Of a stretch of 40,000 nt of DNA, positions 1-10,444 are shown piece after piece. Position numbers and translations under genes: made by a program. Origin of the DNA: Prevotella phage Lak-A1. Numbering within the stretch: position 1 is the first letter of the stretch; every line of letters begins with the position of its first letter. The notes beneath the pieces were generated by a model. That model was given only the letters and a program-made list of their open reading frames with translations, searched no databases and had not been told where the DNA came from. The stretch is taken from sequence record MK250015.1, one strand, 5' to 3'.

Positions 1-232
1 TGATATTTAATTCAACATCAAAATCATAACTATATGCATTTGAATCATGGTGCATTATTAATGTATTTGTATCTGTATTGATATGCATAGATGAAAAATC
101 GTCATCACAAATTGTATCAAGTTGTATTACATCTATATTATCAACCATCTTATATTTTGGTAATCCTCTTCGACTATAACCATCAAATACTTCTTTAAGA
201 CCAATCTTAGTCTTTTCACAATATTTACACAT
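1..232 (-). CDS. hypothetical protein, N-terminal part (MCKYCEKTKIGLKEVFDGYSRRGLPKYKM...), runs off the window
   Basis: Open minus-strand frame from ATG (CAT at 230-232) to the window edge; N-terminal CxxC. Confidence 0.6.
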   Translation of the reverse strand, partial: MCKYCEKTKIGLKEVFDGYSRRGLPKYKMVDNIDVIQLDTICDDDFSSMHINTDTNTLIMHHDSNAYSYDFDVELNI

Positions 233-242
233 TACTTATAAA

Positions 243-614
243 TTATTTAGTCCAATTATTAATATATCCATATGTATTTCTACATACATTTGAATATTTC
301 TCATCTATATTTTTATGATGATTAATAAATTCATCTTCTGATAGAAATTCTGTTTCATACCAAAAATTACAATCATTTCCATCACTACACTGATAATGAT
401 GTTCAATCATATTTTTATCTGAATTCCATTTTAATGTATCACCATAATTATATAATGTTTTATTTGTTTTCTTTAAATAAGAAACAATTTCTTCCCATGT
501 TTTGAAACCTTTTGTTTTCCAAAACATTTCTTCTTCTTTTTTCTGCTGAATCTTTACTTTCTCTTCTTCACGATCAAAAGATTCCTTAAGCTGTGATAAA
601 ATAATATTATCCAT
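243..614 (-). CDS. hypothetical protein, 123 aa
   Basis: Supplied ORF; tightly packed with neighbouring minus-strand ORFs. Confidence 0.65.
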   Translation of the reverse strand: MDNIILSQLKESFDREEEKVKIQQKKEEEMFWKTKGFKTWEEIVSYLKKTNKTLYNYGDTLKWNSDKNMIEHHYQCSDGNDCNFWYETEFLSEDEFINHHKNIDEKYSNVCRNTYGYINNWTK

Positions 615-816
615 TTGTTACATTTTTAGATTCAACAATAAAACCGTTTCCGATTTCTCTTGCAACACGAGATGCATACTCAATGTTATTATATACGCCA
701 TAATACCAGTTACCATCAGGACATTCCCTTGCAACTGTATATCTATAATCATTAATATATTCAGAAAATCTTGCTGGAAGATTCTTAATAATATGTCTTG
801 GATCAATATTTGCCAT
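607..816 (-). CDS. hypothetical protein, 69 aa
   Basis: Supplied ORF, lies just downstream of a TATCTTTG promoter-like element on the minus strand. Confidence 0.6.
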   Translation of the reverse strand: MANIDPRHIIKNLPARFSEYINDYRYTVARECPDGNWYYGVYNNIEYASRVAREIGNGFIVESKNVTNG

Positions 817-845
817 AATTTTATATTTTTAAATTTTTTATATTA

Positions 846-853
846 CAAAGATA
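846..853 (-). promoter_or_regulatory. Bacteroidetes-type -7 promoter element (TATCTTTG)
   Basis: Plus strand caaagata; matches TAnnTTTG and sits just upstream of the minus-strand gene starting at 816. Confidence 0.55.
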
Positions 854-877
854 CACATTTGTTTTTAAATAAAAAAA

Positions 878-1819
878 TTATTCTGGAAAAACTTCTATAT
901 TTTTTAAATTCCTAAAATCTGATACATTATATTTTAATGTTAACTTAATCACATTTCCATATAATACACAGTTACCTCTTGATATTTCTACATTTCTTGA
1001 ACTTTGACAAAATATTCCAGCTCCATCATTATATCGTTCACATCTAATTAATCTTGCATGTTCACGTAATGCTTTATCAGAATATAAACAATTTACAGTA
1101 TTACCTAAATTATCTCTTAATATAAATGAGAAATAACCTAATCTTGTAATTGTGTTTACTGCTTCATTAAATTTATTAATCTGAAATTTAACATACTCAT
1201 TTGACATATCATAATGTTTGTATGCATCGGACAACGCTTTATTATATACATTTTGAAATGTATTTTGCTGTATAATATTATCTGTACATTTAATACTAAT
1301 ATTAAGAATTACTTTATTTCCATATATAACCGGTTCATCAACATCCAATTTATAATTATAACATTTTGTTGAAATATCTGTAAGCTTTTCTAATATATGA
1401 TTAAATGAAATATGTACACTTTCATTATTAGAACCTGTTACTTCATTATTTGCTATTAATGAAGAACCATTTATGGAAACAGATGAACCATGATTATTAA
1501 CATATTTGTTTAACTTATCAACTGATACAATAACATTCAGTTTAATTGTTTTTGTTGATTCATTATATTCTATTTCTTTATATGACTTAATATAACCATT
1601 TGTGATCATTACAGTTTCATCTGTAAATAAGTCTTCTGTATTAATTGATGAACGTGATGATATATAAGTTCCATATGCATCTGCAAGAGCAAATCTCAAT
1701 GCAGATAAAGTAGCTTCTTGTTTATTCTTACCAGTACCACAAGATTTTACCAAAACATCATTACAATAACAATTAATACATGTTATATAAAGAAATAAAA
1801 ATATAATGAATCGTTTCAT
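878..1819 (-). CDS. secreted protein with signal peptide; Bacteroidetes-like 'GTGKNKQEATLSALRFALADAYGTYISS' domain
   Basis: N-terminus MKRFIIFLFLYITCINCYC is signal-peptide-like; the motif resembles Bacteroidetes exported proteins of unknown function. Confidence 0.65.
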   Translation of the reverse strand: MKRFIIFLFLYITCINCYCNDVLVKSCGTGKNKQEATLSALRFALADAYGTYISSRSSINTEDLFTDETVMITNGYIKSYKEIEYNESTKTIKLNVIVSVDKLNKYVNNHGSSVSINGSSLIANNEVTGSNNESVHISFNHILEKLTDISTKCYNYKLDVDEPVIYGNKVILNISIKCTDNIIQQNTFQNVYNKALSDAYKHYDMSNEYVKFQINKFNEAVNTITRLGYFSFILRDNLGNTVNCLYSDKALREHARLIRCERYNDGAGIFCQSSRNVEISRGNCVLYGNVIKLTLKYNVSDFRNLKNIEVFPE

Positions 1820-1823
1820 AACT

Positions 1824-2369
1824 TTACTTTTTTAATTTAATAAAATATATATAAATATCAGAATTTTTAGCTGATACTTTCTTTAACATCTGCAAATGAC
1901 TAACTTCACCCATTGATGTTTGAACAATTTCATCTGTAAATATATAATTATCAGAATTATGTGAATTTTCATTCATATTAACTGATGTTACTGCATCAAT
2001 ATCAGAATTATCTGAATTATTATCATCGTTAGAATCTTCTGTATAGAAATTTGATTCCATATTTTCTATATTATATGTAGAATAAGATCTGTTTCTTGCT
2101 CCACGTAAAAATTCAATAACAGATCTTGTTGCTTTCATATGTGCAATACGATCACAATATTCAGGATTTCTGCTATTTGCAATTTTAACGACTGATACCA
2201 AAACAGGACCATTAGATGTTTTATATACAGAACAACCAGTTACATTATTTTCAACATATTCTGTTACTACTTTATTTCGTAGTAGAATTTTATTCTTTTC
2301 AGATAGAACTTGAGAAAAACTAAATGTAAAAGAAAATAAACAAATTAGAAATGATATAATATATTTCAT
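1824..2369 (-). CDS. secreted protein with signal peptide
   Basis: N-terminus MKYIISFLICLFSFTFSFSQ is a clear hydrophobic leader. Confidence 0.65.
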   Translation of the reverse strand: MKYIISFLICLFSFTFSFSQVLSEKNKILLRNKVVTEYVENNVTGCSVYKTSNGPVLVSVVKIANSRNPEYCDRIAHMKATRSVIEFLRGARNRSYSTYNIENMESNFYTEDSNDDNNSDNSDIDAVTSVNMNENSHNSDNYIFTDEIVQTSMGEVSHLQMLKKVSAKNSDIYIYFIKLKK

Positions 2370-2421
2370 AATCTTAATTATAATTAATGTTATACTATGT
2401 TTTACTTAATTTTATTTAATG

Positions 2422-3099
2422 TTACTCATCATGATTAGGTTCCAAAGGAATTTCTACATTCTCTGATTTCTTCTTATCAGACTGATACTTATCAAGTTCA
2501 TCCCATGCATCTATCATATCTCGCTCAAATTCTTTTTCTTTCTTAAGAAGCTGTCTATCCTGTGATTTAATATTACTAATAATATTTTCTTTATCATATT
2601 TTACACAAACTTCATAACGATACATTTGCTTATATCGATTATAATACTTTTGACACTTTATAACATTGATACCTTCTACAATACCCTTACATGCATTGAC
2701 AACCTGTTCACGTGTCTTATTACTGATAGATGAACCATCATCTGTTTCAAGTTCATCATTATACATGTCAATACCATAACGAATATACAACTCCATCTTT
2801 TTACGAAGATTAGCAGTTGCATGTGTTACTGCTTTATTATATGCAAACATCTCATTTCGAGATTCTGAAATACCATATGCACGGATTTCACCTGTTCCTG
2901 TTTCAAGAGACAATTGCATAATAGGAGAAATATCTTCTACACTATAACCGTCTGATTGAGGACCATATTCCTCAATATACTTCTGCAATCTCTGATTCTC
3001 TACACGAAGATTGTGAATCTCTGTTGTATCCTTCTTACTAGCATATGTAGTAAGTGTAACAGCAAACATTGTAACTAATACAAAAATAAACTTTTTCAT
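2422..3099 (-). CDS. secreted/periplasmic protein, coiled-coil-like, 225 aa
   Basis: N-terminus MKKFIFVLVTMFAVTLTTYA is a signal peptide; same strand and spacing as the two previous exported proteins. Confidence 0.7.
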   Translation of the reverse strand: MKKFIFVLVTMFAVTLTTYASKKDTTEIHNLRVENQRLQKYIEEYGPQSDGYSVEDISPIMQLSLETGTGEIRAYGISESRNEMFAYNKAVTHATANLRKKMELYIRYGIDMYNDELETDDGSSISNKTREQVVNACKGIVEGINVIKCQKYYNRYKQMYRYEVCVKYDKENIISNIKSQDRQLLKKEKEFERDMIDAWDELDKYQSDKKKSENVEIPLEPNHDE

Positions 3100-3179
3100 A
3101 ATTTTTAATAATTTTAATTAATATTCTTAATATACTCTTTTATATAATCTAATCTTTTTATCTTAATTTAGGTCTAACA

Positions 3180-3187
3180 CAAAGATA
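3180..3187 (-). promoter_or_regulatory. Bacteroidetes-type -7 promoter element (TATCTTTG)
   Basis: Plus strand caaagata upstream of the minus-strand secreted-protein operon starting at 3099. Confidence 0.6.
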
Positions 3188-3260
3188 CACCTAAAAATTT
3201 AAATAAAAAAATATATTCTATATAAATTTAATATAAATAAGAAAAATATTTTTTTGATGC

Positions 3261-4217
3261 ATGGAACGATTATATAATAATTTAATTAAATGTATATCAA
3301 TATCAGTAAAGTAGGCAATAGAAGAATCGATAGGAACATTACAAATAGATAATAACATTGATAAAATTTATAATGATATAGAAAATCATATATATAAAAA
3401 TAATAAAATAAACTATAATGATTATAAAAATATTATATAGTTTAATGAACATGATAATTTATATATGTTAACATATAATGATATATGTAATATAAAGAAT
3501 TTATAGATTATTATATGTGAAAATCCAGATATTATGTATACAGAAGCAGCAGCATTAATAGATAATAAAGAATATACAATTTTAGGTTCAGATGAAATTA
3601 TATTAGCAACATTAATTATATATAATCCAGATGAATTACGGTTCTTAAAGAATCATTTATATCATGAAATAAGACATTATTATGATACATTTAAACATAT
3701 AAATTCATATAGCGGTTATGATAGGGGTATTAATTATCTATTAAATAAAGAACAGAAAGATAATAAAACATATAATATTAATTTTTTGCAATTTAAAAAG
3801 ATGTTAATGAATAATAATATACCATATCCTTTATTATAGCAAGCTATATTATCTCAATTATATTATCTAGATGAATCAGAAATTCGAGCACATACAGAAA
3901 ATATGTTTGGTGAAATAGATGAGTATTTTAAACATAATAATATAGTAAATAATTCTTTAGAAAATATATCAGAAACATATAATTTTTATAAATCAATAAA
4001 AGATGTTTTTACATATTACAAAGATAATTTATCAGAAACATATATTAACTGGTTAGTTAAAAATTTTGGTGATGATTTTTATGAAATATATTATGGTAAA
4101 ATAGGACATCCTAAAAGTTTTAATTTTGTGTTTAAAAAAATTATTTATAATTGTAATAAGTTTTTTAAACATGCAGAGCAAATGAAAATATATTGTAAAA
4201 ATAAGTATGAAAAGTAA
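3261..4217 (+). CDS. hypothetical protein, 318 aa, with HExxH motif (possible metalloprotease), in-frame TAG read as Gln
   Basis: ATG at 3261; in-frame TAG at 3312, 3438, 3504 and 3837; TAA at 4215. Joins track ORFs 3534-3839 and 3903-4217 in one frame. Contains LYHEIRHYYD. Confidence 0.7.
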
Positions 4218-4554
4218 TTCAATTATCATTGACTTTATAGGTGATGATTATATAGAATATTCAGATTTTTGGGAAAATACATATTAGAATTTATCTATAG
4301 ATTCTCAAATATTATATGATTCATTGCATAGTAATGTTATATACAATATATTTGATGAAATAAAATTATATATAAGAGAAAATATTGATCACCTTGATTT
4401 AACAATATATGATTATTATCTTTTACATTATTTGATTCCAGATAAAGAATCATTGAAGAAATATGTATTAAATAAAATGGAAAATATAACAGATAATGTT
4501 ATTGATGATGTATTTAATAAAATAGAAGAACTTAAAAATAAACAAGAAAATTAA
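4207..4554 (+). CDS. hypothetical protein, 115 aa, one in-frame TAG
   Basis: ATG at 4207 overlaps the previous stop; in-frame TAG at 4285 reads as NTYQNLSID; extends the track ORF that starts at 4324. Confidence 0.65.
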
Positions 4555-4609
4555 GCAATTTAATAATTAAGATATATAATAAAAAGTAATTTTTGATTAA
4601 ATAAGATTT

Positions 4610-6526
4610 ATGACAACAAAGAAATTAACGATTGAACAGAAGTATAAAAGTATGACAGAAGTTGAACATATCCTCCAGAAATCTGGTATGTGGATCGGTT
4701 CAATTAATAAAGAAGATAAGAATTTATATGTTTATGACAATGATAATTGTAAGATGATTATGAAAACAGTCTCATATATTCCAGCGGTTTTAAAGTTAGT
4801 AGATGAGATTATTTCAAATTCAGTAGACGAATATAGAAGAATTGATAATTTAGGACTTACAAACCTTGATGTGAAAATTGATACAAACGGTTTTATTACT
4901 ATTAGAGATAATGGTGGTATTCCTGTTGTAAAACATAAAGAAGCTGGTATTTATGTACCTACCTTTTTGTTTGGTTCTCTGCGAACTTCATCAAATTATA
5001 ATGATGATGATTCACGAGATGGTGTAGGAACAAATGGTGTAGGTTCTGCTATTACAAACGTATGGTCAACACAATATGAAGTAAGTACAGCAGACGGAAA
5101 GAATTCATATCATCAAACATGGTCTAATAATATGAATATAAATGATGATCTAGAAATAAAGAAATGTTCGAAGAAAGATCATTATACAGAAACAAAGTTT
5201 AAGTTAGATTTTAAGAGACTTCATGAAACAGTAGATACATGTTTCTCTGAAGATTTTATTAATATCATAGAGAAAAGATGTATTGATGCTGCTGCTGCAA
5301 ATGTTGGATTAAATGTACATTTTTCATATACAGATAATGACAAGGTTATCAGAGAATCAGAATGGCATTTCAAAACATTTGATGAATATATTGAATTATT
5401 TACTGATTATGTAGATACAGAACAAATGTTGAAATTCTCTGATTCTATTATGCAAGTATGGGTATTTCCTGATAATGGAATTAATGTCGGATTTGTAAAT
5501 GGTGCTGAATGTTCAAGAGGAACACATATCAGAGCCGTTAGAAATGAGATTAACAATGCTATTTCTGCTTATCTTTTATCTAAAGAAAAGATTGACATTA
5601 CACCAAAGAATGTAGATGGAAAGTATTCAATGTTCTGTACATTCCATGTTAATAATCCATCATATGATTCACAGACAAAGGAATGTTTGACAACTGTTGT
5701 TGAGAAATTCAGTAATGATTCTAAATATACATTTAAAGTTCCTGATGCATTTATTAAGAATGTATTAAAATCTGAGATTGTTGATATAGTAATTGATTGG
5801 TATAAGCAAAAATGTGAAGTTGAAGATCAGAAAACACTTCGAAAACTTAATAGGCAAGCAAAGACTAAGATTAGAAATAACGATAAATTCATTGATGCAA
5901 ATTCAAAACGAACAGCAGATAGAGAACTTTGGATATTTGAGGGTGATTCTGCACGTGCAGGATTCAGAGGTGCTCGTGACCCACAAACACAAGCGGCATA
6001 TATGTTGAGAGGTGTTATTTTGAATGTTATCGGATTACCGCCAACAAAAATTATGGCAAATAAAGAGTTATCTGATTTGTTTAATATTATCGGTTTACAA
6101 TGGGGTGAACCAATCGATGTAAAGAAACTTAATTTCAGTAAATTAGTTATTGCAACAGATGCTGATTTTGATGGTAGTAAAATTGCTGGATTGCTTTTAA
6201 CATTCTTTAATTTATGGCCAGAATTATTTGAAGCAGGAATTGTATGTAGAAGTATTACACATATTATTACTGCAACTAAAGGTAATGATGTACAAGGGTT
6301 CTTTACAATGGAAGACTTCAAAAAGAAAGAAGATAAATTAAAGGGTTATAAGATCACATATAATAAAGGTCTTGGTGGATTAACAGCAACAGAATATAAA
6401 GAGATGATGCGTAATCCTATTTTACATTATTATACTAAAGATGATTTAGCAGATATGACTATTAAATCATGGTTTGGTAAAGGTATTGCAAAAACTCGTA
6501 AAGATATGCTTAAAAATGAAGTTTAA
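4610..6526 (+). CDS. DNA topoisomerase II large subunit (T4 gp39/GyrB-like)
   Basis: GyrB-type motifs: EIISNSVDEYRR, TIRDNGGIPV, DGVGTNGVGSA, LWIFEGDSARAG (Toprim) and VIATDADFDGSKIAGL. Confidence 0.93.
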   Translation: MTTKKLTIEQKYKSMTEVEHILQKSGMWIGSINKEDKNLYVYDNDNCKMIMKTVSYIPAVLKLVDEIISNSVDEYRRIDNLGLTNLDVKIDTNGFITIRDNGGIPVVKHKEAGIYVPTFLFGSLRTSSNYNDDDSRDGVGTNGVGSAITNVWSTQYEVSTADGKNSYHQTWSNNMNINDDLEIKKCSKKDHYTETKFKLDFKRLHETVDTCFSEDFINIIEKRCIDAAAANVGLNVHFSYTDNDKVIRESEWHFKTFDEYIELFTDYVDTEQMLKFSDSIMQVWVFPDNGINVGFVNGAECSRGTHIRAVRNEINNAISAYLLSKEKIDITPKNVDGKYSMFCTFHVNNPSYDSQTKECLTTVVEKFSNDSKYTFKVPDAFIKNVLKSEIVDIVIDWYKQKCEVEDQKTLRKLNRQAKTKIRNNDKFIDANSKRTADRELWIFEGDSARAGFRGARDPQTQAAYMLRGVILNVIGLPPTKIMANKELSDLFNIIGLQWGEPIDVKKLNFSKLVIATDADFDGSKIAGLLLTFFNLWPELFEAGIVCRSITHIITATKGNDVQGFFTMEDFKKKEDKLKGYKITYNKGLGGLTATEYKEMMRNPILHYYTKDDLADMTIKSWFGKGIAKTRKDMLKNEV

Positions 6527-6537
6527 TAACAATATTG

Positions 6538-6576
6538 AAATTCCATATGTTAAATATAAAAAACATATGGAATTTT
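6538..6576 (+). terminator. hairpin followed by T-run
   Basis: attccatatgtt...aacatatggaattttt inverted repeat just after the topoisomerase stop. Confidence 0.6.
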
Positions 6577-6596
6577 TAATTATAAAAATAAAAATG

Positions 6597-6604
6597 TATC
6601 TTTG
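6597..6604 (+). promoter_or_regulatory. Bacteroidetes-type -7 promoter element (TATCTTTG)
   Basis: TATCTTTG 21 nt upstream of the folD start. Confidence 0.65.
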
Positions 6605-6625
6605 TAAAAATAATTTAGGAATAAA

Positions 6626-7501
6626 ATGAAGTTAATAGATGGAAAACAAGTATCTACGGAAATTAAACAAAATATAAAAGTAAAAGTAGATAATATTATT
6701 AAAAATGGTGGTAGACCACCACATCTTGTTGCGATTCTTGTAGGATATGATGGTGGTTCTGAAACATATGTTAAAAATAAAGTTAAAGCATGTGAAACAT
6801 GTGGATTTAAAAGTACAGTATTGAGATTTGATTCAACTATTACAGAAGATGATTTACTTAATGAAATTCATAAATTAAATAATGATTCTGCAGTAGATGG
6901 TTTTATTGTACAACTTCCATTACCTAAACATATATCAGAAGATAAGATAACAGAAGCAATTGATTATAAAAAAGATGTAGATGGTTTTCATCCAGTTAAT
7001 GTAGGACGATTAAATATAGGATTACCTTGTTTTATTTCTGCAACACCATATGGTATTATGGAATTGTTAAAATATTATAATATTGAAACAAAAGGTAAAC
7101 ATTGTGTTATTATCGGACGTAGTAATATAGTGGGAAAACCAATGTCTACATTAATGGTTCAGAAGAATTTTGGTGATGCAACAGTTACAGTTTGTCACAG
7201 TCATTCTGAAAATCTTAAAGATATATGTAAACAGGCAGATATATTAATCGCTGCTGTTGGTAAACCAGAATTTGTGACAGCCGATATGGTAAAAGATAAT
7301 GCAGTTGTTATTGATGTTGGTACAACAAGAATACCTGATAATAATAAGAAGTCAGGTTTCAGATTATGCGGAGATGTTAAATTTGATGAAGTATCACCAA
7401 AATGCAGTTATATAACACCTGTACCTGGTGGAGTAGGACCAATGACAATTTGTATGCTTATGAAAAATACGTTATTGGCAGCAAAGCATGAAATTTATTA
7501 A
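6626..7501 (+). CDS. folD: bifunctional methylenetetrahydrofolate dehydrogenase/cyclohydrolase
   Basis: FolD signatures [51 protein letters not shown] and [11 protein letters not shown]. Confidence 0.95.
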   Translation: MKLIDGKQVSTEIKQNIKVKVDNIIKNGGRPPHLVAILVGYDGGSETYVKNKVKACETCGFKSTVLRFDSTITEDDLLNEIHKLNNDSAVDGFIVQLPLPKHISEDKITEAIDYKKDVDGFHPVNVGRLNIGLPCFISATPYGIMELLKYYNIETKGKHCVIIGRSNIVGKPMSTLMVQKNFGDATVTVCHSHSENLKDICKQADILIAAVGKPEFVTADMVKDNAVVIDVGTTRIPDNNKKSGFRLCGDVKFDEVSPKCSYITPVPGGVGPMTICMLMKNTLLAAKHEIY

Positions 7502-7517
7502 TTAAAAATAATACATT

Positions 7518-8084
7518 ATGACAATTATATTTTCAAATATGTTAGATTCTGATTGTCAGGTTCTTAGATGTACATGGCAAAATATATCTGATGTTAATAT
7601 AGTAGAAATTACACCAGATATGAATATAGATGAAGTAGAAACTTCTGTTAATAATGCAATTATAGCAGAAGATGATACTATTATATTTTTAGGTCATGGA
7701 ACTGAATATGGTTTATTATTTCCTGATTTCTATAAAGGACTATATATTTTGCATGATGAAAATGTAAATTTAATTCATGCTAAAAATGTGATTTGTTGTT
7801 GGTGTCATGCATCTTCTTTTGTAAATAGACATAGTGATCATTTACATAATACATTTGCTACATCTATGTATATTTCAAATGAGCATGAAGCATATGATAA
7901 TGCAATATATGATTATTCACAGAATGATATTGATTTAAATGGTATACGTTTTTATGCAAATATAAATCAATTACTGATTGATAAAATACCGTTAGATCAA
8001 TGGGTAATGATTTTAGGAGCAAAAATGGATATTGAAAATGAAATAGATGTTTTTAATAGACAAGGTCTATTTTATCAAGAATAA
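7518..8084 (+). CDS. putative caspase/CHAT-like clan CD peptidase fold protein
   Basis: IIFLGHGTEYG followed about 30 aa later by NVICCWCHASSF, resembling the His-Gly ... hydrophobic-Cys dyad layout of clan CD peptidases; 188 aa. Confidence 0.4.
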   Translation: MTIIFSNMLDSDCQVLRCTWQNISDVNIVEITPDMNIDEVETSVNNAIIAEDDTIIFLGHGTEYGLLFPDFYKGLYILHDENVNLIHAKNVICCWCHASSFVNRHSDHLHNTFATSMYISNEHEAYDNAIYDYSQNDIDLNGIRFYANINQLLIDKIPLDQWVMILGAKMDIENEIDVFNRQGLFYQE

Positions 8085-8090
8085 AAAAAT

Positions 8091-8123
8091 AAAGGATAAG
8101 AATTTTAATTCTTATCCTTTTTA
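8091..8123 (+). terminator. bidirectional hairpin terminator between convergent genes
   Basis: aaaggataagaattttaattcttatccttttt between genes ending at 8084(+) and 8125(-). Confidence 0.75.
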
Positions 8124-8124
8124 A

Positions 8125-9585
8125 TTATACTAATTTTCCTTTTTGTATATCTTCTTTTATAATATTAAATACTTTTTCTGCAAATGTATCCAAATCTGAT
8201 ACAACACAACTATAATATGCATCTTCATGATAACCAGAATATGTTCTGTCTGTATATGTAAATTCATATTCATCTGAAGCAGATAATGAAGTAAGATGGT
8301 TTAATGTATCTGTACTGTCTCTATCAGAACTTCCTGACTGCATATATACATGTATAAAACATTTACCATTTGAACTATTATAATATAAATCTTTAATAGC
8401 ACCACTCCAGTCATTATAATTACAATATATTTTCTTATCTGGATTATTTTCCAAAATTGTTTTTATCTATGATTTAAACCATTGGAAATAATTAGATGGA
8501 TTTGTTTCCATCTTATATTTTAATAATGTTTTTTCACTATTAGCTGCATTTTCAGATTCATTACCATTTAATTTATATAAAATATATGGTTTAACAATAT
8601 AAAGATAAACACCTTCACATAATACTTTAAATAAATTAGGTTTTTCATTAAAATATGAATATGATGTTAATGAATACTTAAATAAGTTTGTCAATTCAAA
8701 ATCTCTCTTAAAATCTCGTCTTCTTGCATCAGGTGCAAATGAAGCGGCTTCATATTCAACAAAACAATTATATGAATCTGGATCAATTTCAAGATTAAAA
8801 TATTGATCATAACCGTCATAACCTCTTCTGACATAACCTACATTTTTCCTAATAGCAAATAAATGTTTATCAGAAAAACCAGTTAACTTATTAAAATTAA
8901 TTATATCATCTCTTAATAAATCAACGAATTTAATAGCATCATTATGACATTTCTTTAATAAGCTATTAACATATGACTCAATATCACTTTGACATTTTTT
9001 ATATACTTTATTATATTCGCTTACATATGAAGCTGATTTTACATCAAAATCATCATATAATGAAGTAGGTATATGTTGTATTAATATTTCAAGTTTTGTA
9101 ATATATTTTTTACTTACTTTGCTTCTTGTTGATGTTGTACGAGTTTTTCTAACAGGTTTAACAATATCTGGTTCAGACTATACTACAGGTATTGACTATA
9201 TAGGTTTAGTATTAGATGTAATACCCATATTTATATTATATAAGTCTTGTATTTCTGATATAGTTCCACCTAATTCTAATATTCGATGACCAAATAAATT
9301 AAATACCTTAATTTTATCCATATCTCTTTCTGTTTTTGGACATGGTTTCTTCATAATAATAAGAGCTGCAACATATCTTTCAATTAAATCCTATTTTGTT
9401 AATTTTTTCATAGGTTTAACGAATTCACATTCAGTCACTTTATTTCTTGAACAAACTGATGCAACACTTAACCATAATTTTCTATCTAATGTTCTGTGAT
9501 CTATTTTCTTTGCCATCTCATTTAAAATATTTCTGACAGAATATGTATATAGTTTTTTATTTATTGCTTTATCAAATAATGACAT
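8125..9585 (-). CDS. hypothetical protein, 486 aa, several in-frame TAG
   Basis: Track ORFs 8125-8454, 8467-8694 and 9391-9585 are all in one frame, separated by TAG (CTA on +, e.g. 8467 and 9391); ends with TAA at 8125-8127. Confidence 0.7.
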
Positions 9586-9626
9586 AATAATATTATTCTT
9601 TTTTATAATATATTTATTAAAAATAA

Positions 9627-10385
9627 TTAACTATTAAAGACTGGTCTTATTGTGAATGCATAAAAACGTGGTTCCTATATTATATGTGGTACTTCACTTT
9701 CATATTTTATATCATTTGAAAAATATAAACTTTGTGCATATGCTTTAATGTTATTTCTATATGTATTCATATATTTAGGATCTGATGTATTATAAGAAGT
9801 CCAGTAATTACCGTATCCATAACCAGAAAAACCTTCAGTAACACTTCCAGCAGCAGGTAAATATATAAATTCTTTATTACCTCGTTTTTTAGATGTTATT
9901 TTATAACCAGGTATTATATTACCATTAGTATCACACCATTTCCAATTACAATATTTAATTAATTCTTCAAACTATTCCGGTGTTGGTATTTTATAATTTC
10001 CATTTGTTTCCTAATAAGCAGCATCATCTATATCTTCTAATTGGTAATGAACTTTATTCTTAGAATATTTTATAAATGTTTTATTATTTCCAGATGGATT
10101 AAATTTTGTATAATCTGTTTTAAATATACGCTTAGCATGTACTGGTTCTGTATATCCCCATTGATAGTAATTACCTGGATCTGTTTCAGTTTCTGCACCT
10201 AGATTTTTAGTACACCATAATGTTCCAGAAGGTAAACCTAAATTTACAAATTTATAATTATTTGATATATTATCTATTATTGTAGTATTATCATCTAATA
10301 TAATATCATCGTCTATATCATCAAATAAACTTTCATATATTGCGGTTTTAATAGACTCTATTAATTTATTATATAATAATGACAT
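9627..10385 (-). CDS. Fibrobacter succinogenes major paralogous domain-like protein (FVNLGLPSGTLWCTKNLGA...YYQWGYTEP...TPEQFEELIKYC), in-frame TAG
   Basis: TAG at 10011 and one in TPEQFEELI read through in frame to TAA at 9627-9629; N-terminal YESLFDDIDDD. Confidence 0.75.
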
Positions 10386-10444
10386 AAAAATATAAAAACT
10401 TTTATTATTTATTTTATTATAATATGTGATTAATTATATTGAAT

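Noticed and set aside
5827-6321. Track ORF of 164 aa antisense to the topoisomerase large subunit, and 71-aa ORF 5793-6008
   Set aside because: Fully overlapped by a strongly recognised gene; composition fits shadow ORFs in AT-rich DNA.
8125-9585. Apparent multiple short ORFs and pseudogene-like gaps on the minus strand
   Set aside because: All fragments share one frame and are separated only by TAG; code-15 reading gives one intact protein, so decay is not needed.
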